Part shown: positions 1 to 12,300 of the stretch, piece after piece
How the letters are laid out: every line of letters begins with the position of its first letter
How positions within the stretch are numbered: the stretch's first letter is position 1
NCBI GenBank assembly: GCA_037379345.1
Contig: CM074519.1
Coordinates: 4,278,001 to 4,342,000 of the forward strand
Source of the DNA: Perna viridis
Taxonomy: Eukaryota
Direction: 5' to 3'
Length of the DNA: 64,000 nt
Translations under genes and position numbers: made by a program
Notes under the pieces: model-generated
Told to the model about the DNA's origin: nothing
The model's database searches: none
Seen by the model: the letters and a program-made list of their open reading frames with translations, nothing else

Positions 1-339
1 ATATGTTATTTAGGGCTGTTCCAGAATTAATTGTGTTAGGGTAAGAAGCACTTCTAATAAATACATGAAGGGTGGTGTGGCATTGTGGCATTTCGTTTAG
101 TATTGAATAATAGAGAAAAACATCAGTTATAATTTGTGGATGGTGTAATAGAGAAAAAAGTTCCTTCCTCCCCATAAATTCAACTCTTAGCAATTTCCTA
201 CATGTATGTGAAAGTAATAATCTCAAAGTCTTGGAAAAACACCATAATAGTTTTCCCACTGATAAATCCGAAAGAGATAAATTTGTACGTGTTCCTCTGT
301 ACATGTATTTCTACAATTAAGTTATATTGTTTGTTATAG

Positions 340-3300
340 GTAGCAGTAGATCTTCTTCTCGGGAAGGATCTTCTGATAGAAATCTGGACAAGAATGAAAC
401 TGTTAAAGGGAAATTATCTACAGGTAACTAGGAACCATAAGGGGCAATGAAACAGAATGGAAAAAGGGGTAACTCTACAGGCTCTTAATTGTTGATTTGT
501 TTCAAGGTATATTTTACCTTTTATACTTTCCATATCAATGTATTGATAATATACAAGTATTTTATGAAAACACTCTAAAGGCCATGTGAGCTATTGCCAT
601 CACTCAGCATCTGTCGTCATTGTCCCAGCCCCATGCAGTTGCGGGTGTCAAAAGAATAGGCCTGCAGCAGCGCTAAGCTTGTCGTAAAAGGCAACTAAAT
701 AGTGCTCAGAACCCTAGCCAGGGGCTAGGGAGCTCGGCCCGAAGAGCAGATGGGTTGTGTGCCCCAGGTGGTGGAATGGGATACCCCTGGCATTTTACAT
801 GCTGGGGTTTGTTAGGCTATAATACGAAAAACCTGACCGCAAACCTTAGTGGTGCAACATGTTGGGAAAGATGCCACGTTCCTCGCACATTGAAGAACCC
901 GGCTGTGGTATTCAATAGGAGTAAGAACCTTTGCGCTCTGCCACAGGAGGCTAAATTGCCAAACCCTACCCATCTCTCCCTTTTTCTAGTGGCAATCAAA
1001 AATTTATCGACCCTATTACCCTTGTATCCCATCCCTTTTTTCATTTCATCATCATCATTTCATGTTCACTTTATCACGCATGTCATGTTCATCACCTGAA
1101 TACAGCTGAAATATTGCTGCCCAGGCGTTAAACCTCAGCAATCAATCAATAAATCAATCGTTGATGTCCTTCTGATGTTGATAGGCCTCCTTTCTGGTAC
1201 CTTGCTCTTATTTGTGAAAATCACAATTAATATAAAGCATAGTAGGAGAAGGAATAAATAGTTAGCATAAAGATATTTATTTAAAAATTTTACTTTTTTG
1301 GATATTTTTTTATTCATTCAGATACAAAGGGAGCATCATCATCTAGTTCCAATGTGAAAGAAGACAAAACTGCTAATAATGTTGTTAAATCTAAAGCCAG
1401 TTTGGAAGACCAATCCGTTAAACCTGGTTTACCACAGAGTAACACTGCCAAAACTGAAGGTCATGTGGTGAAACCAAGTTTACCTGACATCAGTACAAGC
1501 ACAGCTAGAACACTGAGTGGTGTCCTGAACAGACTCAGCAGTATTGTCAGGACTGGGGTAAGGCTATTGATGAGGGGTAAGATCTTAGGCCTTATATAGA
1601 ATAGGCTCATTAAGGTCTAAGGCACGGGATACTTGTCAGGACTGGGATGGGACATTTAGGATCTATCTTTGGATCATAATATTGTAAGGACATTGTAATG
1701 CTGTTAAAAGGGAGTATCTTAGTCATGCCCTCTAATACATGTACATGTATTGTAGGGATGGGTGAGCAGTCACCAAAATGAGTGAAGCGATCTGGATCAA
1801 TTTTAGGTCCTTTTACCATATTGTAAGTACTAGGATAAGGCCTTTGATAAGTATTATTGGTTCTTCTTACAGTCCATCTTTAAGATCTGGGATTTTTCCT
1901 ACAAGTGTGAATAATTTATTAGATGAAATGTGCTATGAATGGAAAAGTAAAAAAAATATATGTTTCTTTTGTATGATCTTAATGTTATTTATTTGTTTTA
2001 CCATTACAGTCATCTTAAAACCTATGTAGAACATTATATTATAACATTCCTTTAAATATTTCAGACCCTCCAGACATATAAAGATAGTGATTTCAAGCAA
2101 TACTGGATGCCAGATGAGAGCTGTAAGGAATGTTATGATTGTGGGGACAAATTTACGACTTTCCGTCGCCGCCATCACTGCCGAATTTGTGGACAAATAT
2201 TCTGCAGCAAATGTTGTAACCAGGAGCTTCAGGGGAGAATAATTGGATATAAAGGTATCTTAAAAAAAATACAGATTAATGGAGAAATGTTACTCAGTTT
2301 TACTGTTTTTATGCTTCTACCTATCTAGTTTGTAGTACAATGGAATAGATTTGTCCGTTTGATATTTTATCATTCTAAATTTGTCCTAATTATCTTGACT
2401 CCCATTGGTTGGATTTATTATACCCCTACTTGCAAGATGGGGTATATTGTGATAGGGGTGTTCGTCTGTCCTTCCTTCCTTCTGTTACACTGGGGGGATT
2501 AATCTCTTTAATCTGTTACTCCCACTATACCACTGAATTGAATTGAAATAAATTTTCACAGAATCATGATTACATGTTTCCATTGTGAACCTTTTATTTT
2601 AGAGTTTGATCTGTATCAATTTGAGGGTTTTACATAATGAAACATGGACTTCGTAATTTGTGAATATGGGGACATGGGGACCCATCTGTCATCCATTACT
2701 TCTTCTTTACCACCAAATGGCATTGAATGAAACTTTTACAGAATCATTATTTCATTTTCCCATTGTGCACCACCTGTTTTAGATTTTGATCCAAATCAAA
2801 ATGGAGGTTAAAAGGTACATGTAGTCAAATAGGAGAGTAGGGGTTGTCAAATAGGAGAGTAGGGGTTATCAAATAGGAGAGTAGGGGTTGTCAAATAGGA
2901 GAGTAGGGGTTATCAAATAGGAGAGTAGGGGTTGTCAAATAGGAGAGTAGGGGTTATCAAATAGGAGAGTAGGTGTTGTCAAGTTAGTATTGCTCACAGT
3001 TTTTCTAGTTTTAAATTTGGTATAGATTCTGATGAAGTACTCATGTACATTTAGTGTATGTCTTGTGTCGTTTTAACTTTTGTGTATTTTTTATGTTACT
3101 TAAGTATGTAGAGACAAGTCTTTCACTGTACTTGTGTAGAATGATTTTTTGGGGCCAGCTACAGCTTGTCCTGTGTTATGAGAATTTCCTTGTCGTTCAT
3201 TAAAGGCCAATGACATTTTAATCTCTGTGGGGTTGTTGTCTCTGACATATACACCATACCTGTCCTCTTTATATTGTAAGCAATATTTGTTGCTGTCTGA

Positions 3301-6300
3301 GTTCAACTTCCTGTTTTGTTTCCTATTTTTCACAATATAGAACGAGTAGGGTTGCACATAGTGTGACAACATATGCAATTGAGCTGACATTTTTCATTCT
3401 GGTTGTTGTCTCTTTGACATATGTACTCACCCTATCCATTCTCGTTACAACTTTTCGTTATTCTTGCAAATATTTCACAAAGTTGCAATGATAAAAGACT
3501 CAAATTTTATGGTTAATAATTTATACTATTAAAATTATTTGGAACCTTAAACTAAAATAGAAGAAGGAAAAAAGCCATTGTTCTATTAAGAAAAGAGCCA
3601 CTTACTTGAATTGATTGTAGTTTTTGTCTAAATGGGGCTTGTAAGTTTTGTTGTCGAAATATTTTTGAATTTATAATGTTGACAGCATTAAAACCTGAAG
3701 ATCTATTTGTGTTTAGTTTACTACTTCCGTATACATCAGTATGATGCATAGTTAACAGAATTTTCTATAATGTGCTGTTTACAAGCTCAGTTTGGTGTAT
3801 AAATAGTTCAAGGTCAAACTTTTATCATCCTTTTATTTCAAAAGAGGTTTTGTTAGTAAGATTGTATTTATTACTTCCTATGCTTCTAAATGCCAGTAAG
3901 AGACCGATTCTCATGAAATCCAAGTTTAACGTGATGTGACTTACTTATTGATGCTACAATGTTAAATATATTATTCATTGTATATTTTACTACATTTGTT
4001 TTAGATGGTAACAAATTCTGTGCATACCATGGTAATATTGATTTAAATGATTAACAGCATCCATACTGTTATGTCAATAAATGACTAACCCAATTTTTTT
4101 ATTCTTTCCCAATATAGCAGGGGTTGATCCAGGGAGAGGGTTCCAGAGGTTTAAACCTCCCTTTGGAAAATTTGTTGATTTTGTGCAAAATATTAAGCAA
4201 GTCATAGCCGGGACTGGAACTCTCTTTTTTATTATAAATTTCTGGATCTGCCCCTGCATAATCTATCCATCTGCCTTTTTTCAGGTATTGGTGTACATTA
4301 TTTTGGTGTAAAGTCATGAGCCTTTTACAGAATTAACCATATGGTGTTATGATTATAAATAAACCTTATCTTCTATTGTGTAAATACAGAAATTATTTAG
4401 GGCATTAGTTGTTGTGATTTTGTTATTTTATTCAACATTTGGATTTTAATTTTTCTGATTTTGAGAAAAAAAAAATCCACATTATTTACATGTATGTTAT
4501 AAATAGTGTGAGTTTAATTATTGCAATATAGTGTCAATTGCATTTTTGCAATAATATCTGAATTAGCAATTTTTAAAAATTTGTTTCTTAAAATCTGCTC
4601 TTGTTATGTGCCTAGCAAAAACATTGATGAATTTTTACACAATGTACATGTATTAAAAAAATATATATTACCTGTAAGTTTTCTTTAAAAAAAAATGATT
4701 GAGAAATATGAGAAATACAAATAAGAACTATGTTTCATTGACCAATCAAAGGGAGCTTAAAAGTGTAGGAAATTTCTTGGCATAAACTGAAGGCCCATAA
4801 ACTGTCTTCAGCTAGTTTTTTTTTCCAGTTTGGTAGGGTTTTTGTCTCTCTGACATATTCCTTATTTCAACTATCTTCCCTAAATTTCAGTTTCTTTTTA
4901 AAATGTACTTTCAGTTAACCATTTTGTTTTTGTGCATGCTATTGTTATATTCTTTTTCTATCTGCTGTCTTCTCTTGAATTTTGAAATCTTACATTTGTC
5001 TTATTTGACTCCATTTGATTCATGTACATTTATTTTTGTAAAATCATCTCTAGATTTTCTGAGAATGTCTTGCTTTCACTTAACATCCTATTTTGTGAAC
5101 TTTACATTATCTTATGCATTTATACACTCCTGATATAGTTATCCACTTACTATTTATAGAATTCTCTCCTTTTTTTTGTATTTCCTTATTGTTCTTTACA
5201 ACAATAAAATATTTCTCACCAAATTTGCCGTATAAAGCACTAATAAGCCAATATCCCTTAAAATGACCCTTATTATCCATAGTCCTACTAAATGGTTTTA
5301 TAGATCTTTACTATGCTATTCCCACTTTATTTCAGGTGGAATAAGAGTGTGTACCTACTGTGGTAAAGTAGCCATGAGTGCCCTGCAGAATGAACCTAGT
5401 GGTAACATCAGCGTAGATAAGGAAGATCTTCAGCTGTCAATGGAGGCTGAGCCTCATGCTTACAGTCATTGGGGGTCAAAAAAGAGGACATCACAAGATC
5501 TACCAAGGTCTGTCAACATTCATAGTGACAAAAACACAGAGCACTATAGACAGTTGACTTTTCTTTAATAACATTATACATGTATTTACATGTATTATTT
5601 TATTGTGCATGTACATGTATATTTTTACTAAATAGCATCTATAAATCCAAAAGTAGGTGGCTATCTTTCCAAAATATACTTCAGTGCAAAGTTTGGTAAA
5701 GTAGACATCAAAAACTCAGTTACTGATTTGACCATTAGAATGTGAAATGAGGCATTCTAATGGAGGATTGGAAAAACCAAGAAATAATTTTTTGTTGTCC
5801 TATGTTACTTTTATATTATATTCCTCTTACTGTTTACATCGTCCTCCATGATAGCTCCAGGTACCCCAAGTATTGATGTATTGCTCTTACTGTTTAGGTC
5901 TTCCTCCATGATAGCTCCAGGTACCCCAAGTATTGATGTACTGATACCATTTGACCTGACGCAAGGCAACCCAGCAGACGACATTAATACTGGACTGAAT
6001 AAGAAAATCTTGGAGGTATGTTCTACACAGCTAAAGTGCATTTACAAGTGAGACAATTTATTTATACAGTAGAGAGTTCAATGTACATGAGATTTATCCT
6101 GTCAATAACGACACTGATTGAAGACTAAAGTGCCGTGCAAGGGAATTATATGGAGTGCAGCTTTTGATAAAAGAAGAATTGAGTGTGATATGATAATCAT
6201 GTGTTTCAGTTTATATACTTTTGTAATTTGTTCATAATGATTAGTTGGTTTGAAGTCAGAATAATGTCTCCGATTGGGGCTACATGTAGGCTGTTCATTC

Positions 6301-9300
6301 TGTGAGCAAATTTTAAAAAATCAGAGCCCAGATATGTCAGTAGTATTTTAAGTAGTAGGAAAAAAAGAAAAAGTAGCAGGTGGACTGATGAAAATTTGAC
6401 AAGAGTTCACCCATTTTTTGAAAATGCAGAAGCTGTCAAAAGATGAGCAAATAGCTGTCCAATTTTGCCGGTTGACGGCTTCTATTGACATCCCTTGAGT
6501 CAGTGTGTTGGACTGTAGAGTAAGTACAAAGATGGGTCTGTTGGATTGAGCCAACTTTAATGTCCTTAAGTGCATGAAGTATCTGTCATTGAATGTAAAA
6601 CTGCAATCAATCAATCTATCATTTCAAAATATTTGATTATCTTATGTTAGCAATATATGAATATTGTACATTTATGTAAAATTTAATAGATAATGTAGAT
6701 AAAGACAGATTAGGTAAATCTAGCAAGTGAAATAAATGTTGATTTAATGAAAAATGAAGACAAAAATAAAACCCCATATAAAACTAACAAAAAGGTAAAT
6801 GGACAACCAACTTCAGTTAGTTCTTGGTGTATGTAATAGGTGCATTGGGTGGGTAAGTATTCTTTATTCTTTGCTAAAGAGATGCTCATGTCATGTTTGG
6901 TAATCTTGTTTTACCAATAAAAATGAACATTTATTCTGCTGTAAATTGCTTTATTTGTAAATCATTGACTTTCAGGATTCAGTCCAGTTACGTGAGATAT
7001 GGCGACAGATTGTAGACCCATCAAAAGGTGTCGAGATGCAGAGTCACAGGATACGTCTGAAAACCTACTACAAGTGTATTGTTGGTAATAAATTAGTTGA
7101 CTGGCTCCTTGGCAATGACAAAGCAGCTCAGAGGTAATTTAGGCAAGATTTAGTTCCCTTGTTATACTATGAAAGTACTTTTGTTTATGGGATACCAATT
7201 TTTGTAGTTTTTCGTGGGTAGGCCAAACCATGAAACTTGGTTTCAATAAAAGGAGAATCGCAACAATGTGTATACTTAAAACCTCAAAACCATGATTTCA
7301 AGCATCCACGAACTTCTGTATCTTCCCTAATTCACGAGAATTGGTATCTACATATCAAAGTACTTTCACGGTATCTAAATTCATTTGTCATGGTTTTCTT
7401 TTCCCATGACATCAGGAAAGGACTAGGTACACATGTACAAAAAGGCCATATTTGGATATTAGGAAATTAGGTGTTGTGGGCATTTAATCTATCAACACAC
7501 CTGGTTCTTGCTCTCACTTTATAGTGGCTAGGTTTGATTATTTACTTACATGTATTGTTTTCTGTGTTCTTAATTACACTGCATACAAAGATGATGTTTG
7601 AGTAACAGTATTGGCCTTCCAATGATTAATTGACAATCACCTGGTGAATTGCCTAAGGTTTTTAACTGTATAACTGAGAAGGACCTTTAAATTTTCTGTT
7701 ATTCCATTATTTGAATCTAAGTATGTCTGTTAAAATAGTTAAATCATCTTGTCAATTGTCCATATTTTTATACTTTCTTCAGACGTAATTTTTTTTCTTC
7801 AAACCTTGCAACTCTAAGATATGAAGCAAAATATCATTTTTTTTTTATTTCTAAACATAACAGAATGCAGGCAGTTGTGATTGGTCAGGCTTTACTTGAT
7901 GCTGGTTATCTGGAGATCATTGGTGGACAGCAGACTATCTTCCAGGACAACTTTGCACTATATAAACCCTCAGAGGTAATACTATAACTTCTATAAATAG
8001 CTCCCTGGGTACGTCATATCTTTTAACTGAACGGCCCTATATAGCCTTGTCATTTTAATGCTATAAATAGGTTTTTGAAAAAAAAAGTTTCCTTTTCTTT
8101 TAGTCTTTAAATAAATCTTCTTAAATTTTTGTTGTGAAGCATTGATGGGTCAAATCACAAGAAAGTTTGTAAATCAGTAAGTACTAGGAACGTTATTAAA
8201 CCTCAAATAAATTTAAAATTTAAAGCATTACATAACCACAATAGTTTTCATGATGACATTTTTTTTTTTTTTTTGCAGACTACCCCTATAGACCCTCCAG
8301 AGAACCCAAATCCAACTGAAAACAGTACAGAGCCTCAATGGTTAAAGGATATTGATGTCAAAACTGACCATTTGGACCGCAGTTGTAAGTTTTTTTTTAT
8401 ATTACAGTGAAACTTCTTTTAAAGAATTTATACTGTTTGCTAAGGCAGTTGTTTCACTTACATGTACATGTATATGGGTCTTAAATAAAAATTAACTGAA
8501 TCCATTTTATAATTGGTTTGTGTTGGAGAGGTATCAGTTTACTTAACTTAGCTGTTTGAACATGCAATAATGACTTATTCTGACTTATACTTGCAAAAAC
8601 AGGAATTGATTGCCCTTCTGGAGCACCTGAATTCACCCCTTGATTTTATTGGCATACCTGGGGGTTTTTCGCGTGAAGTTTGGTTTTCTTTGTGTTAAAC
8701 ATTTTTTATTCATTTGGTAGTTTTGGTGTTACCAGTGTTTTCTTGTTGAAGGAATGCCCAGGGGGTTGAACTATTGGTGGTCCAAAGTCTGGGACGTACA
8801 ATTTCTAACAAAGGACTTTTGAAATTTCATTGGCCTGTACCTACATTGTAGCTCCTGGACCTTCAGTCCTTTTCCTTGACACTTCATCATAGGCTTTTGG
8901 TTTTCCTCAAATGAACTATTGAAATGAAGTTAGAGAAAGTACTAGACCATTCTTGACCTCTGACTCCAGTGCCATAAAATTTGAAAAAATTACTCAAATC
9001 TCATAAAATTATTAACTGTTTGTGACATCATCATATTTAAAGACTTTGATTGGAGTTACAATGGAAGTTAAGTAATTTAAGTTAAGTTTTGTGGTTCCAA
9101 GGCCTGATTTCTACCTGTTTTACTGCTTCTTCTTTTCTCACAATGCAAATCAACAGTGCATTATTTCAGATGAGGCCACTTTAGACAAACCAGAGACAGA
9201 GGGAAGCACATTTTACTTACCTTTATCTTCAGCAGATGGTAAGTCTGTATAAAGTCAATTCTTTTTAACCATATGAACAAGGGAAAACTTGATTGTCAAT

Positions 9301-12300
9301 TTGAAGGAAGAAAAATTCTACTTAACAGCGTCTACCCAACAGTTTTTCTTTTTACAGCTGAAGATTTTTTTTCTGTCTATCAGTCAAGTGTCATTGTAAG
9401 ATTTTTATGATGAAGGTTAAGTTGTGGAAAAGTTCTGTTTGTTAAATTAAAATACATATGAAACCCATGTATTGTAGTGTAGGCCATGTGAGCTATTGAC
9501 ATCACTTGGCGTCCATTGTTGTCGTCATAGTCGTTACCAATTTCTTCAAACATCTTCTCCTCTGAAACTGCTGAATGGATTTGGATAAGATAATTTTTTC
9601 TTAGAGTATCCTTCACAAAATGACTGTTTGGATTTTTGATCTGTTAATAAACATGGCCGTCGTAACTAGAATAGAACATTATTGTCAGACAGCAGATTTT
9701 TGCATATATCTCCAAAACTGTTAGGTTTAAGCAAATTCTGACTTGGGTATTCAGCATGATAGGATCTATCTGTGGTCAAAATTTGGTGAAAATCTGTTGA
9801 CCCATGTTGCAGTTATTGCCATTTTTGGATGTTTTGTGCTGTTTTTGATGTTATTACTTTCAAAAATCTTCTCCTCAGAATCTACTGTACAGAATTCAAT
9901 TAAAGTTGGTATTTTTGTTTTTAGGGTATCATGAACGAAACGACCATTTGGATTTTTGATCGTTTAAAAAACATGGCTGCTGTTACTATAAATAGAACAT
10001 AGGGGTCAGACAGCAGTTTTTTTGCATATATCTCCGAAACCCTTAGGTTTAGCCAATATCTTTCAAATGCTGAAATGATCCATATAATAAGGCCTACAAA
10101 AGTCCCCAAGGGATCAAAGTTGTCAGACGACTCCATGTAAGAGTTATTTTGCCTTTGAATGGCAAAAAATATGTTTTTAGCAGTTTCCAGTCAATATCTT
10201 TAAAACTATAACAGATAGAATGAAAATTTCAATTGATGAAATGATCCTTACGATAAGTCCTACCATAGTCTTCATGGAGTCAAAATTGTCAGACAACTCC
10301 TTGTTAGAGTTTTTGCCCTTGAAAGGCAAAAATTTAACCAGGTGAACGATTCAGGCTCCCAGGAGCCTCATGTTTGTAATTCTTTGAACCAGTTTGTTTT
10401 ATTTGTGAATTTCTCCTTTACAACTTAATATGAAGTCTGTATTTTTACAATAACATTATTTATTATATAGATAGCAGTGTTTCATTGAATGTTCCCAAAG
10501 TAATAAATTTTGATAATTCACACTGTGAAATAAATTCGGTAATGAAATTTTTGGACTTTCTCCCACCAAAATGTCACAGCTTTGATATCAATCTACCAAT
10601 CACAGAATTTTAAATTCATATTGAATATAAGGATAAATTATGAAGAAAATCTATATAATAAATAGAATAATCAATTGGCTATCGTGAATAACTAAAATAT
10701 GATCACTCGTCCCAAGAACACTTGAGGATTTAACTTATACACGGAACAAGTTCTGCACACTGTAGGTAACATTACAAATATTTATCTTTGTGTAGAAAAA
10801 GATTTTGAGCCACTACCAAGACAAGATTCACATGTGTCTGGTTACACAGAGGATATTATAGCAGGTACAATGAATGTTGTCAACTATACATTAACCCTTT
10901 TTGGAGAAAAGAAAATCTACTCTGTTGTGAGTAGTAAAAGTTTGTCCTTGACTACAGTCATTTGTCCTTGACTACAGTCATTTGTCCTTGACTACAGTCA
11001 TTTTAATTTGGTTTTTAATACTCCTAAACCAACTTATTTTTTGTGAGTGATTTAGATTTGCTATTTCTGTGAGCAAGAAAATAGAATGAAAATAAATAAC
11101 TGCATATAAGTTTCTTTACAATAAAAGACATCATTGAGAGAGTGTTCAATTTAAAAGATTAAATGACATCACATACATGTATTGTGAAAATAAGTATCTT
11201 GGCAAATTGGTTTACAATAGTTTGTTGAAGTATATTATCAGTTTTTATAATTATAATTTTGGATTAATTTGTTTAATTGTTTTCCATTGCATTTCAATAC
11301 ATCACACAGGTTGGCTTTTTTCAGCTTAATGTATATCTGCTTCCATATATCATATTATTTCTGTTACATATAGATAATCTGTTTGGTGGAAAACAGAGTA
11401 TTCCTGCAACTAAACTGATTAAATCTATCTGTTGGAGGAACTCTGATACACTTAAAGAAGAGAATGGAGAAAGGAAAGCCTACAGTTTACTGAAGTAAGT
11501 CAATTTTTCGATTAGCTCATTCTGTATAGATTAGGGCTTTACTGCAATCACTATGCCTGTCTGTCTGCCTGTTGGATGAATTCTGATGCACTAAAAGAGG
11601 TGCATTGGTAAAGGAAAGTCTCTAGTTTACTGAAGGAAATCAATTGTTTCTACATCCAGTCTTTTCTCTATTGAACTGGGCTTTACTGCAATCTTCTGGT
11701 CTGTCTGTCTGTTTGCTTGAGACTGAACACCCTTAAAGAGATCTGAGACAGGAAAATTTGTAATTTTCTGAAATGGAGTTAAAGTGCACTGAAAAAAATG
11801 ACCTACCAACAGAGTTAACTCCACTAAACTTTTTGTCTAGTTTTAGAATTGGTTCATACAATTATGTAACTTTGTATACACTTGCAATTTTTACTTGTTT
11901 GTTGTTTCAATTGTAAAGTACCCAGCAGGACATAAGAGTTATATCAACAAAAACTTGGAGCATTTACAATATGATAGGAAAGGGTAAGGTTCAGTCTAGA
12001 TGGATTAATGCCTTTCAAGAATGGAAGGTCCTGGACTTTTCCATGTTTTAAATAGTGGACAATGAAAATATAAAAACACATTGTCAATTAAAAGGATGGA
12101 AGATACAAGACAGAAGAAAATGAAATTTCATATACATAAGGTCATAGGTTAAGGATCACAGTTCATTGGTCATCTCTAATATAAACCCTTGCTCTCATTG
12201 TGTACATGTCTACTTCAAAATGATTCTGTAAAACCAAAGCCCTTAGATGATGTAAGTTTGGTAAACTTTCTCATGCATTTTCAGGAAGGCATACCAGGAT

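Noticed and set aside
755-1099. 114-aa ORF and its paralog at 13597-13971
   Set aside because: Both lie inside copies of a retroposed repeat, start at TTG in the sequence, diverge at the 3' end and show no recognisable domain.
3025-3050. ctgatga core suggesting a hammerhead ribozyme (also near 6385)
   Set aside because: No stem II followed by GAAA and no flanking helices.
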